64,000 nt of DNA from Candidatus Ozemobacteraceae bacterium. Its GTDB lineage: Bacteria; Muiribacteriota; Ozemobacteria; Ozemobacterales; Ozemobacteraceae. Position 1 is the stretch's first letter, and the number at the start of each line of letters is the position of its first letter. The position numbers were made by a program, and so were the translations under genes. The stretch spans positions 3,586,498 to 3,650,497 of the forward strand of contig OZ223236.1 in NCBI GenBank assembly GCA_965140445.1, read 5' to 3'. This document shows positions 10,167 to 20,502 of the stretch, in pieces. The notes below the pieces were generated by a model, which saw nothing but the letters and a program-made list of their open reading frames with translations, had not been told where the DNA came from and made no database searches.

Positions 10167-11258
10167 TTGGAAACACAAAAATTTGATTTTAAAAGAACTG
10201 CGACCTCTGAAGTTATCCTCGGTAGCGATTTACTCAAAGAATCGGTATCCAAAATTATTCGACTGAGATACCCAAAAAAGTGTGCTGTTTTAACAGACGA
10301 AACGGTTTCCAGATGGTATTTGCAGCCTCTTCTTGCTGAGCTTAGAACCAAGGGTTTTGAGGTTAACGAAATAATTGTCCAAGAAGGTGAAAAAAGCAAA
10401 AGCCCGGAAACCTTGATTGAAGTTTTAACCAAACTTCAGGGATTTGGCATAGACAGAGATTGCCCGCTTATAACCCTTGGCGGAGGCGTTGTTGGCGATC
10501 TGGGTGGCTTTGCGGCATCTATTTACAAAAGAGGCATTCCCTTAATCCATATGCCTACTACCCTTCTTTCAATGGTTGATGCCTCAATAGGTGGTAAAAC
10601 AGGAATAAATTTTAATGGTGGAAAGAACCTTATTGGAACTTTCTATCAGCCTCAAATGGTAATTATGGATGTCTCAACTCTTAACACCTTGCCACTAACT
10701 CAGATCTCTTATGGCCTGGTAGAAGCAATAAAACATGGAGCCATAGCTGATTCCGCATATTACCGTTTTATTTTGAAAAATACCGATGCAATTAAATCAA
10801 AACAATTACCACTACTTCAAAGACTGGTAAGAAGATCGGTACACATTAAAAAGAGTTTTGTAATTGACGATGAAACCGACAAAGGCAAACGAGCCTTTCT
10901 AAACTTTGGGCACACTCTTGGCCACGCTTTTGAATCCGCAGGAAATTTCAGGCGGTTACATCATGCTGAAGCGGTTGGTCTAGGCATGCTTTATGCCTTA
11001 AAAATAGCAAACAAAAAAAAGATTTTAGCTGAAGACTACACTGATAGTCTGATTCAACTCTTAAGTGATTTTAACCTGCCAATAAAATTGCCAGAAGAGC
11101 TTGAAAAGTCTGAAATTTTAAATACAATTTCTCAAGATAAGAAAAAGAAGAATCAGGAGATAACTTTTATCCTTCCAGAAACTCTGGGAAAAGTAATTTC
11201 AAAACAAATCAGCCCAGACAATCTTTCAGATCTTCTTGATTCTTTCTTTCAACGCTAA
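10167..11258 (+). CDS. aroB: 3-dehydroquinate synthase
   Basis: GGGVVGDLGGFAA...MPTTLLSMVDASIGGKTGIN nucleotide and metal binding motifs. Confidence 0.9.
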   Translation: METQKFDFKRTATSEVILGSDLLKESVSKIIRLRYPKKCAVLTDETVSRWYLQPLLAELRTKGFEVNEIIVQEGEKSKSPETLIEVLTKLQGFGIDRDCPLITLGGGVVGDLGGFAASIYKRGIPLIHMPTTLLSMVDASIGGKTGINFNGGKNLIGTFYQPQMVIMDVSTLNTLPLTQISYGLVEAIKHGAIADSAYYRFILKNTDAIKSKQLPLLQRLVRRSVHIKKSFVIDDETDKGKRAFLNFGHTLGHAFESAGNFRRLHHAEAVGLGMLYALKIANKKKILAEDYTDSLIQLLSDFNLPIKLPEELEKSEILNTISQDKKKKNQEITFILPETLGKVISKQISPDNLSDLLDSFFQR

Positions 11259-11294
11259 AAAAAACATATATAAAGAAAAAATAAGGACGACAAA

Positions 11295-13589
11295 ATGAAC
11301 CCAACGACAACGCTTTCTCATCGATTTTCACCTAATGCTCAGAAAGTTCTAGCAAAACGATACCTGACTAAAGGCCCTGATGGAAAACCAATAGAAACCA
11401 TAGAGGGATTATTTAGAAGAGTGGCTTCCCACCTTGCAAAAGCCGAGAAAGCTTACCCTAAATCTCAATATAAAGTAGAAGAGCTTGAAGATCTTTTCTA
11501 TACAATGATGACTGACCTTGATTTCCTTCCCAATAGCCCTACCCTTATGAACGCAGGGAAAGAACTTGGCCAACTTTCAGCATGTTTTGTTTTGCCAGTA
11601 GACGATTCCATGGAAGGTATTTTCGAAGCAATCAAACACGCAGCGCTTATACACAAATCAGGCGGCGGAACAGGTTTCAGCTTTTCCAGACTAAGACCTG
11701 CAAACGATATAGTTGCTTCTACCAGCGGAGTAAGTTCTGGCCCAATCTCCTTTATGAAGGTATTTAATACCGCAACTGAAACAATCAAACAAGGTGGCAC
11801 AAGAAGAGGCGCTAACATGGCAATTCTTAGAGTTGATCATCCTGATATTTTGAATTTCATCACCTCCAAGGAGAGAGATAACGAGCTTACCAATTTCAAC
11901 ATATCCGTTGCCATTACCGATGCTTTCATGGAAGCTCTTGAACGTGACGGGGACTATAACGTTATTAATCCTCGAACCAAGGAAACGGTAAAATCACTAA
12001 AAGCTTCAAAAGTTTTCAACATGATAGTTGATAGAGCATGGAGAAACGGAGAGCCAGGTATTGTATTTATCGATAGAATTAATAGATACCAACCTACTCC
12101 ACACATAGGCGAAATAGAATCAACAAACCCTTGTGGCGAACAGCCTCTACTTCCTTATGAATCCTGTAATCTTGGGTCATTAAACCTTGCCCGTTTTGTT
12201 GAAATTATTGATGATGAGCCACAAATCAACTATGACCGTTTAAAAGAGATCATTAAACTTTCAGTAAGATTTCTGGATAACGTAATAGATCAAAACAAAT
12301 ATCCCATACCGGAAATAGACCGAACAACGAAATCTAATCGAAAAATTGGCCTTGGAGTCATGGGTTGGGCCGATCTCCTGATAAAAATGGGTATTCCTTA
12401 TGATTCAGAAGAAGCCTTAAATCTTGCAGAAAAAGTAATGGGATTTGTAAAAAGAGAATCCTGGACAGCTTCTCAGGAGCTCGCAAAAGAAAGAGGAGCT
12501 TTCCCTAATTTTGAAGGTTCTATTTATCATCAGAAGAATATGGCTCCAATGAGGAATGCAACTGTAACAACAATTGCCCCCACAGGAACAATAAGCCTTA
12601 TCGCAGGTTGTTCAAGCGGAATTGAGCCTATTTTTGCAATTGCTTACGAAAAACATGTAATGGATAACGAAAAACTGGTTGAGGTACATCCGGAATTTCT
12701 AAGAGTAGCTCGCGAAAACAAATTTTATTCTGAAAACCTTCTCGAAGAAATTGCAAAAACAGGCAACATTGAAGAGATAAAAGAAATTCCTGCTGAAATC
12801 AGAAGAATTTTTGTTACCAGCCACAGAATTTCTCCTGAATGGCATGTAAGATCACAAGCTGCTTTTCAAAACTTCACAGACAATGCAGTAAGTAAAACTG
12901 TGAATTTTCCTTTCGAAGCAACAAAAAAAGATGTGGAAACAGTTTTCAAGCTTTCCCATACCCTCGGCTGCAAAGGTATTACTGTTTATCGTGACGGTTC
13001 CAGAGAAGAGCAGGTATTAAACATTGGTGAGCAAAAAAATAAGAAAGCCGAACCAGAAAGCCCTTATATTAACCCAAGAAACAGACCAGAAAGAACCATT
13101 GGGATGACTGACAGGGTACAAATTGGCTGCGGAAGCCTCTATGTTACAGTAAATTCAGATTCCAAGGGAATTTGCGAAGTTTTTGCCAGTCTTGGAAGAG
13201 GCGGCGGATGTCCTTCTCAATCCGAAGCTGCGGCCCGTTTGGCCTCACTTGCTCTAAGAGCAGGAATAGATGTACAGGAAGTAATTGATCAGCTCAAAGG
13301 CATTCGTTGTATGTCAACTATTAGACGTGGTGCATCACAAAATGGCATCAAAGTCCTTTCTTGTCCAGATGCTATTGGTAAAGCAATTGAAGAATATTAC
13401 ATGAGCGCCAAAGATACTTTCAAAGCACCGATTCCTCAACTAAAAAACAAGCCAAAAGCTGATTCTAAGCAGGATTTGTTGGTGGACAACGGTTTACCCG
13501 GCAGAAATTGTCCAGAATGTAGCGAATCATTAGAACATGAAGGCGGATGTGTAATCTGCAAAAGTTGCGGATACTCAAAATGCGGATAA
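11295..13589 (+). CDS. nrdJ: Class II (adenosylcobalamin-dependent) ribonucleoside-triphosphate/diphosphate reductase with C-terminal Cys4 zinc ribbon
   Basis: 764 aa with a ribonucleotide reductase barrel and an NPCGEQ...SCNLGS active-site region. The C-terminal CPEC...CxxC is typical of monomeric NrdJ. Confidence 0.9.
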   Translation: MNPTTTLSHRFSPNAQKVLAKRYLTKGPDGKPIETIEGLFRRVASHLAKAEKAYPKSQYKVEELEDLFYTMMTDLDFLPNSPTLMNAGKELGQLSACFVLPVDDSMEGIFEAIKHAALIHKSGGGTGFSFSRLRPANDIVASTSGVSSGPISFMKVFNTATETIKQGGTRRGANMAILRVDHPDILNFITSKERDNELTNFNISVAITDAFMEALERDGDYNVINPRTKETVKSLKASKVFNMIVDRAWRNGEPGIVFIDRINRYQPTPHIGEIESTNPCGEQPLLPYESCNLGSLNLARFVEIIDDEPQINYDRLKEIIKLSVRFLDNVIDQNKYPIPEIDRTTKSNRKIGLGVMGWADLLIKMGIPYDSEEALNLAEKVMGFVKRESWTASQELAKERGAFPNFEGSIYHQKNMAPMRNATVTTIAPTGTISLIAGCSSGIEPIFAIAYEKHVMDNEKLVEVHPEFLRVARENKFYSENLLEEIAKTGNIEEIKEIPAEIRRIFVTSHRISPEWHVRSQAAFQNFTDNAVSKTVNFPFEATKKDVETVFKLSHTLGCKGITVYRDGSREEQVLNIGEQKNKKAEPESPYINPRNRPERTIGMTDRVQIGCGSLYVTVNSDSKGICEVFASLGRGGGCPSQSEAAARLASLALRAGIDVQEVIDQLKGIRCMSTIRRGASQNGIKVLSCPDAIGKAIEEYYMSAKDTFKAPIPQLKNKPKADSKQDLLVDNGLPGRNCPECSESLEHEGGCVICKSCGYSKCG

Positions 13590-13719
13590 TCTAAAAAAAT
13601 ATTACAAAATTTTAACTTTTTTTACCCATGGCATTGACACTTATGTGTACCATGGGTAAAATTGTATCTGAGTATAATTTTCGGGCAATGTATAGGCGCG
13701 AATAAGGAGTATAAGAGTA

Positions 13720-16239
13720 ATGATTAAGGCAACCGCGCGTTATTTATGCGTATTATCGCTATTTTTAATTGTTTTAAGTGCTGTGGGCGCAGCTCCACTT
13801 ATGCGAGTCACCTTCATCGATGTTGAACAAGGTGATTGTATTTTAATTAGAACCGCAGAAAAAACGGTTCTTATAGATGCCGGTGATGATAAAAGGGATG
13901 CAGCTAATTCTTATATCATTCCTTACCTTAAACGAGAAGGCATCAAGCACATTGATACTGTAGTAATTTCTCATCCTCACCGAGATCACTTTGGCGGAAT
14001 GCTTGACTTGATTCCTGCTATCAGCATTGGTGAAGTTTATTATTCAACTGATGAACTCTCCGAAATTGGCGAAGAAGATACCGAAAGAGAAACCATTAAA
14101 GGTTCCGAAGCCCAGCTGTATCAAAGAATGCATGATATGCTTGTTGAAAGAGACATTCCATATATTAAATGCAAAATGTCTGACAAGCTTGATTGGGGCA
14201 AGGGAATTAAAGTAGAAATTTTTCATACTGAAGACAAAAAGGCTTCTGGCGCAGAAAATGATCCGCTTAAAGCTAACCAAAACGAAAATTCTATTATCAT
14301 GAAAGTAACCGCTGGAAAGGTTTCTTATCTTTTCACTGGTGATGCGGAAAAAGGTGCTGAAGAATATGTTGTTCAAAACTTTGCTAAAAAGTTGAAATCT
14401 ACAGTTCTTAAATCTGGACATCACGGAAGTGTTACTTCATCAAGCCACCCATTTCTTGATGCTGTAAGACCAGAATATGCCGTAATCATGGTTGGTGCCA
14501 GAAATTCATTTGGACATCCAAGACAAGAAACTCTTGATAAATATGAATACTATAAAACAAAAACTTTCAGAACGGACCTTGATGGCAATGTAGAAAGTTT
14601 TACAGATGGAGAAACTGTTCAGTTTGTAACTAACAATTCTCCTGTTGCATTTGCAAAAAATCCTGAATTGATTTCCTTAACTCCAAATTCAGCAACAATA
14701 CAGTGGACAACTAATAAAGAAGCCACTACTGCTCTTCAATATGGATCTACTGCTCTTTCAAAAGAAAAAGTTATTGATCATTCAGTAAAAACTCACACTG
14801 TTACAATCACAGGACTCAAACCAAATCAGCAATACATTTTTAAAGCGATTTCCAACGATCCTAGAGAACCTCAAAAATTTGTTGAATTCGATGGAACATT
14901 TAAAACTCCAGAAGGCAATGGAATTGCTCTTCCAGTTATAAAAAGTGTAGAAACCAACTTCGATAAAATCTACATGAAACATCCATTTAAACTTTTGATT
15001 CCGGTTGAAAACAAAAGTGAAGAAGCAGCAAAAGATATTTATCTGGATATTTACCATTCTGCAATGGATCCATCTAACCTGATAGATCAGGTGAAGTTTA
15101 CTTCTATTCCTGCACAGGGATCAGTAGACGCCGTTGTTCCAACTGAAATTGGTTGGGTTGGGAATGTAGAAATAATTGCCGTTCTCCGTCAGGGAAAATC
15201 AATCATTGATACAGTTTCAATGAACATTAAGGTTCTCTCAAAGCTGTTCCTGGTAGATTGTGCACATGGCAATATTGATTATTTCATCGGTAAATTCTCC
15301 GGAATGAAAATGGATCTCTATCAGAAACTTGGCTTCCAAATGAGAAGTATTTCAAAATCTATTACAACCAAAGCAATTGAAGATGCTTTTGTGGTTGCAA
15401 TCCCTCATCCTGATAAAGATTTTACTGCAGCTGAACTTACTGCACTTAAAAAGTATGTAACTGAAGGCGGCTCAATTATAATGTTTGGACAGGCGGATTA
15501 CAGAGATACATCTAATCCACAGTTCCAAAACAAGCTTCTTGCAAAAATTGGAAGCCGAATCAGATTTAATGATGATGAAGTTTGCGATGATACCAATAAC
15601 ATTGGCGCTCCATGGAGATTCTTTGTTACAACTTTCCCTGCAGACCACATTACCACTGGCGGAGTTAAACAACTCCTTACCAAAAGCTGTTGTTCACTAC
15701 TAAACAAGGATATGAAAGGGCTTAAATCTCTTAAAAACCTTTATGTTCTAGCTTCTGGTGATAATGACACTTACAATATTGAAGTTGATGGTAAAGCAGA
15801 TGGCGTTATCTATGCCAGTATGACTACAAAGCTTCCAGTTCCAATAGCTGCATGTGAAGATCTTGGAACTGGCCGCGTTGCTTGTATTGGTGATAAATTC
15901 TATCAGGATTCATACTATAATCCAAAATCTGAATTGCAAACCCCTCTCTTTAACAGTCAGGTAATCTCATGGCTCAGTCTCAGCAAAGAAAAAACCTTAA
16001 AAGAACTTTTCTCCTATGCTGCTTCTCTTGATAATGAAGATGATGCTGAATTGAAAGCAGATAGAGCATCTGCTGTAGTTGAAAAGCTTATTAAGAAAAT
16101 CAGAGCTGACCTTGATGCCAAGAACACTTCTCCAGAAGAGATTAATGCAATGATGAACAACTTTGATAGCCGAACGGTTGATGGTTTAAAACCTGCAATC
16201 AATTCAATGATTAAATTCAAAGAAGTTCACGAAGAATAA
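13720..16239 (+). CDS. Secreted multidomain protein: N-terminal ComEC-type metallo-beta-lactamase-fold hydrolase domain plus fibronectin-III-like domain(s) and a C-terminal uncharacterised region
   Basis: Signal peptide, then the MBL motifs HPHRDHFGG and LKSGHHGS typical of the ComEC C-terminal domain. This is followed by an FN3/purple-acid-phosphatase-N-like segment (IQWTTNKEATTALQYG...GLKPNQQYIFKA). Confidence 0.6.
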   Translation: MIKATARYLCVLSLFLIVLSAVGAAPLMRVTFIDVEQGDCILIRTAEKTVLIDAGDDKRDAANSYIIPYLKREGIKHIDTVVISHPHRDHFGGMLDLIPAISIGEVYYSTDELSEIGEEDTERETIKGSEAQLYQRMHDMLVERDIPYIKCKMSDKLDWGKGIKVEIFHTEDKKASGAENDPLKANQNENSIIMKVTAGKVSYLFTGDAEKGAEEYVVQNFAKKLKSTVLKSGHHGSVTSSSHPFLDAVRPEYAVIMVGARNSFGHPRQETLDKYEYYKTKTFRTDLDGNVESFTDGETVQFVTNNSPVAFAKNPELISLTPNSATIQWTTNKEATTALQYGSTALSKEKVIDHSVKTHTVTITGLKPNQQYIFKAISNDPREPQKFVEFDGTFKTPEGNGIALPVIKSVETNFDKIYMKHPFKLLIPVENKSEEAAKDIYLDIYHSAMDPSNLIDQVKFTSIPAQGSVDAVVPTEIGWVGNVEIIAVLRQGKSIIDTVSMNIKVLSKLFLVDCAHGNIDYFIGKFSGMKMDLYQKLGFQMRSISKSITTKAIEDAFVVAIPHPDKDFTAAELTALKKYVTEGGSIIMFGQADYRDTSNPQFQNKLLAKIGSRIRFNDDEVCDDTNNIGAPWRFFVTTFPADHITTGGVKQLLTKSCCSLLNKDMKGLKSLKNLYVLASGDNDTYNIEVDGKADGVIYASMTTKLPVPIAACEDLGTGRVACIGDKFYQDSYYNPKSELQTPLFNSQVISWLSLSKEKTLKELFSYAASLDNEDDAELKADRASAVVEKLIKKIRADLDAKNTSPEEINAMMNNFDSRTVDGLKPAINSMIKFKEVHEE

Positions 16240-16252
16240 GAAACTCAACAAT

Positions 16253-16293
16253 AAAAGGCGCTTCACCTTTACGGGTGAAGCGCCTTTTATTTT
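16253..16293. terminator. Bidirectional Rho-independent terminator between convergent genes
   Basis: An 11-bp perfect stem (ggcgcttcacc/ggtgaagcgcc) with a 6-nt loop, flanked by an A-run upstream and a T-run downstream. Confidence 0.8.
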
Positions 16294-16714
16294 ACCGCTT
16301 TTTGCTGTTAACTCTATTTTAAAACCTCTTCGAGGACTTCGGGCTTAGCGTTTGCCGAGGAGTTTGTTAAAAGGCCAGTTAAAGCCGTCTCTCTCTGTAA
16401 TATTCTTTAAAGGATACATTCCTTTTAAGAAAAAAACCGGGAACTTAATAAACCGTAAAAAAAGAATGTTAAGTTAAGAAAGACAAAGATCCTTATACTC
16501 CTTTTTACGGGAGTGTCACATAACAATCAGATCTGATTCTTTAACAGAACTAAAAGCAATAAGAAAGTGCCATTAAGAAGTATGAGTGTTTTTAAAATCC
16601 ACAGATGAAAAAGATTGCTTGCTCTTAAATAACAAAATTCAATGCCAGGCTATAAAAGGAATATTCAAAATATAAACAATTCGCACTTGTAGAAACAATG
16701 TTACTACAAGTAAT

Positions 16715-18946
16715 TTATTTGCCCTTTACTTCTTCAGCATTTTCTTCCTGGCTACCTTCTGAGGCTTCAATAACTTCGACCTCTTCACCCTTATTATGGC
16801 TAAGCAATAAATCCTCGCCCATGTCTCGAGTCTCAAGAATAAAGTGAGCCAGCATTCTATTCAATTCTTCAGAAACCATACTCAAATGGCGTGTAATCTT
16901 AGCCATATCCTGAATTGAATCACGTTGAGTTTTTAATGAATTCAAAACTTCATCAACCTCATTAGTTGTGGTCTTTGTTGTAATTGAAAGATTCTCAATT
17001 GAGAGGCTGATTGCTTCAATATTCTTACTTTGCTCAATAGAGGACTTACTAATATCTTGCACCTGAACATTAACGCTTTCAGAAGCCATTCCAATTTCAT
17101 CAAGATAAGCACCGGCCTGGTTAATAATTTTAACCCCTTCTTGTACTCTTTCTTTACCAAGATTCATTTCTTCAACTGCTTTGTTTGTCTTGGTCTGGAT
17201 TTCATTAATCAAAGCCCCGATTTCTTCTGCAGCTTTCGCACTCTGCTCTGCAAGTTTTTTAACGTTAGCAGCAACAACGACAAATCCCTTGCCTTGCTCC
17301 CCTGCCCTTGCCGCTTCAATCGATGCATTTAAGGCTAGAAGGTTGGTTTGTCTTGAAATAGCAGTGATTGTAAGAACAATTTTTCCAATTCTTCTGGATT
17401 GGGATTTTAGCTCTTCCAAAACTCTTGAAGAATCACCAACCGCTCTTTCAATTTCTTTAATTGTAGTTGATGCCTCTCTAACCGATTCCATCCCTTGACT
17501 CGCTTTCAAACGGTTTTGGACAGATTCTTCATAAGCCCTATTTGATCTCTTGGCAATCAGCTGGGAATTAGCTGAGATCTCTTGAATTGCGGCTGCGGTT
17601 GATTCCAGAGTAATTGCAGAATCCTTCGAAGCCTTAGTAATTCTCTGAGTATTCCCAAAGATATTTTGAATTGATTCATTTGATTGAATTGTTGAATCTG
17701 AAATCTGATTTGCCATTGATGCAAGACGATTAATGACATCCTGGATTTGTAGAAGAAGCTTTTGAATGTAACCAATGAATCTGTTAAAGCGGTCAGAAAC
17801 TTCAGTAAGCTCATCTTTACCAACAATAGCAAGACGTTTTGTCAAATCACCACGACCGCGGGAAATTTCCTCCAAACCTTGGGAAACTCCTCGAATTGAA
17901 GTAACAACACCACTGATAACCGCCATTGTAATTCCTGTCATTACTATAAGTCCAAAAATTATCAGGAATAAAGAGAAGTTCTGCGCTTTGTTAAGCGCTC
18001 CCATCATTCCCCTGGTATCAACCATGGTAATAAGAACCCAATTCGTTCCCTGAACCGGTATCGCATTCAAAAATATGTTAGCTCTATTTCCCTTTAAAAA
18101 TGTTTTAAAAACACTTTTATTATTAATAATCTTTTCTGCGTGATCTTGTAGTTCAGGCTCAGCAGAGTTTAGAAAAATATTTCTCTGCGGATCAAGAATA
18201 GTGTCTTTGTCTTTATGAGTTAAGTAAAAACCATTTTGAACAGGCTCACGAGTCACCACAGCGCAGCGCCCCTGCAAGGCATTTAAAGCGTTTGGAATAG
18301 ATTCAAGAATTCTTTCCAAACTGATCCCCACCATTACAACACCAATTGTTTTTTTCAAATATGTAACTGGCTTAGCAATATAAATAATGCGCTCTCGGGT
18401 ATCAAGATCTGATGAAGAGAAAACAACCGGAGTTTTATAAACTCCTTCATTTTCGAAAAAGTCTTCCATTCTAACCGTAATAAATTTCTCATATGGTGGT
18501 GATTCAATCGATAACTCAGCACCATTAATCCCCAATCTGTAGTAGGTCTTGCCATCTTCTGATAAAAGGGCCACCTCAACAAGATCAGTGCCCCCCCCAG
18601 TTTCTTCGCTCTTTCTTAACAATCCCTCCAGAGGAGACTTAAGCACTTGAAGCCATTGATTGATAAGTTCTTCCTGATCGGGAGCCTGGTCTTTCCAGGA
18701 TAAATACTGAACTGTGGAATTCAATTTTGAAACATAATCACAAAGGTTTTCATAAAACCGGACAGAGGCTGTTATACGCTTTCCTTCTGTGGCAAGAACA
18801 GTTTCAATCTGCAAAGGAATCTGACTCTTTACAGCCCCTCTAATTTTATCTGAGGTAAAAAATGTGAGTCCAAGAAGAATGAACGAGACAACCACCATTG
18901 TTATAAACAATCTGGCTTTAATCTTTAAATTTGAAAAGAATTCCAC
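16715..18946 (-). CDS. Methyl-accepting chemotaxis protein (Cache-like sensor, HAMP, MCP signalling domain)
   Basis: N-terminal TM, a periplasmic sensor and a second TM. The signalling domain is highly conserved ([34 protein letters not shown]). Confidence 0.9.
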   Translation of the reverse strand: MEFFSNLKIKARLFITMVVVSFILLGLTFFTSDKIRGAVKSQIPLQIETVLATEGKRITASVRFYENLCDYVSKLNSTVQYLSWKDQAPDQEELINQWLQVLKSPLEGLLRKSEETGGGTDLVEVALLSEDGKTYYRLGINGAELSIESPPYEKFITVRMEDFFENEGVYKTPVVFSSSDLDTRERIIYIAKPVTYLKKTIGVVMVGISLERILESIPNALNALQGRCAVVTREPVQNGFYLTHKDKDTILDPQRNIFLNSAEPELQDHAEKIINNKSVFKTFLKGNRANIFLNAIPVQGTNWVLITMVDTRGMMGALNKAQNFSLFLIIFGLIVMTGITMAVISGVVTSIRGVSQGLEEISRGRGDLTKRLAIVGKDELTEVSDRFNRFIGYIQKLLLQIQDVINRLASMANQISDSTIQSNESIQNIFGNTQRITKASKDSAITLESTAAAIQEISANSQLIAKRSNRAYEESVQNRLKASQGMESVREASTTIKEIERAVGDSSRVLEELKSQSRRIGKIVLTITAISRQTNLLALNASIEAARAGEQGKGFVVVAANVKKLAEQSAKAAEEIGALINEIQTKTNKAVEEMNLGKERVQEGVKIINQAGAYLDEIGMASESVNVQVQDISKSSIEQSKNIEAISLSIENLSITTKTTTNEVDEVLNSLKTQRDSIQDMAKITRHLSMVSEELNRMLAHFILETRDMGEDLLLSHNKGEEVEVIEASEGSQEENAEEVKGK

Positions 18947-18955
18947 AATATTTCC

Positions 18956-20416
18956 TTATCTTCTGGGTATAAGTAACGTTTTTCCGGCAATTAAAGTCGA
19001 TTTGGTTGAAATGCCATTTAAGTAACAAATACTGCTAATAGAAACCTTAAATTTCTTGGCAATTTTTGCTAAATAGTCGCCTTTCCTGATTTTATACTTT
19101 CTAGCTCTCTTCTTAGCTCTTTCAAGCTTCTCTTTCGCCAGAGCTTTTCTCTTTTCACGGCTCTTTTTTAAACTTTCCTGTTTTTGAATATAAGCTAAGT
19201 AGGTCTGATCGACGCCTTTTTCAATATTTCCTGACAGGAAATCTTTTACGCCAAGATAAACCCCTTGAGCGAGCCGAGTTCTGTAGGTATAGTTTTTTAA
19301 AATTTTAGAATCTTGAAGATTTGAAGTATAACCGAATTCAACAAGTATTGAAGGCATTGCCATTGAATGTAAGACTTTAAAGCCAGCTCTTTTTACACCT
19401 CGCGAAGGCATACTTTTTACAGACTGCTTAAGGCGCGATTCAATTTTTTCCGCCAACTTATGGCTTTGAAACATTGTTTCAGCCTGCTGTTTAACAATTG
19501 TGCGTTTAACCTTCTTAACAGCTGGTTTGCCATAGCTTCCAGAAAAATCTACTTCATTTTCTTTCTCAGCAACTAGCCTTTCGGCCTCTCCAACTGCACC
19601 TTTTGGCGATTCGTAATAAACTTCAATTCCACGGATCTGTTTTTTGCGATTATAATTGACGTGCAGACTTACAAAGGCATCCGCGCCAAGTCGCTCAGAG
19701 ATTTCTCTACGCCTTTCCAATGGAATAATGTAATCTCCGCTTCTGGTCAAAATCGCTTTAAACCGGGGATCTCTATCAAAGTAAGCTTTAATCAATTTCC
19801 CTATGGTTAGCACATAATGTTTTTCAATTATTCCATTGTGGCTTGTTCCAGGGTCTTCACCGCCATGACCAGGATCTAAGACAACAATTTTTACATTGTT
19901 GGATTTAAGCTTTTTAACTTCAGTTATCTCAGCTTTTCTTCTTTTCTCAAAGGTTGAAACCGGTTCTCTAAGAAAAATTACAATTCGGTCAGACTTTTTT
20001 GGGTTTTTGGGCAATACAAAGGTTTTGGCCTCAACCCCCATTGGAACTCGAAAAAAGACTCTAACTATTCCTTTAGTTCTCTCTTGAACGGTAAGTATAT
20101 CCAGAAATGGGTTTTTTAATGGATATCTCTGCCTTCCTGGCCTAAAAGAACACCCAGAAACATCAAAAAACAGGGTTCCATCCCGAAGCTTCCCAACTGG
20201 CGAAACACGAGGAGCAAAACTTAGATCCAGAACCACTTGTGCTTCTTCAGGGCTTTGCCAGAATCTAATATCAGTTATTCTTCCTATGTCTTCAGCAAAT
20301 GCTTCAATATGAAAAGAAAGAAAAAATAAAAGAAAAATACAAACTGAAAAAGCAGCAAACAAACCTTTATTAATAGGCTTAACGAGTTTTTTATTTGTGT
20401 AGAATTTATTCATCAT
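18956..20416 (-). CDS. N-acetylmuramoyl-L-alanine amidase (AmiC-like: AMIN domain, Amidase_3, C-terminal LysM)
   Basis: VVLDPGHGGEDPG...SLHVN catalytic Amidase_3 motifs. C-terminal LysM (GDYLAKIAKKFKVSISSICYLNGI). Confidence 0.8.
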   Translation of the reverse strand: MMNKFYTNKKLVKPINKGLFAAFSVCIFLLFFLSFHIEAFAEDIGRITDIRFWQSPEEAQVVLDLSFAPRVSPVGKLRDGTLFFDVSGCSFRPGRQRYPLKNPFLDILTVQERTKGIVRVFFRVPMGVEAKTFVLPKNPKKSDRIVIFLREPVSTFEKRRKAEITEVKKLKSNNVKIVVLDPGHGGEDPGTSHNGIIEKHYVLTIGKLIKAYFDRDPRFKAILTRSGDYIIPLERRREISERLGADAFVSLHVNYNRKKQIRGIEVYYESPKGAVGEAERLVAEKENEVDFSGSYGKPAVKKVKRTIVKQQAETMFQSHKLAEKIESRLKQSVKSMPSRGVKRAGFKVLHSMAMPSILVEFGYTSNLQDSKILKNYTYRTRLAQGVYLGVKDFLSGNIEKGVDQTYLAYIQKQESLKKSREKRKALAKEKLERAKKRARKYKIRKGDYLAKIAKKFKVSISSICYLNGISTKSTLIAGKTLLIPRR

Positions 20417-20502
20417 ATTTAGTTTAAAGTATTATAACAACAAGGAAGTATAACAATTTTCTCTTGAGGTTTAAAGAAATTTGGAAGGTTATTTTACAAT
20501 TT

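Noticed and set aside
11259-11294. NrdR box or B12 riboswitch upstream of nrdJ
   Set aside because: Only a 36-bp gap follows aroB. acatatataaag is a weak partial match to an NrdR box, and there is no room for a cobalamin riboswitch. nrdJ is probably co-transcribed with aroB.
13634-13678. TTGACA ... TATAAT as a sigma-70 promoter for the MBL-domain gene
   Set aside because: The spacer between the hexamers is about 33 bp, far from the 16-18-bp optimum. The TTGACA is probably coincidental within the dyad loop.
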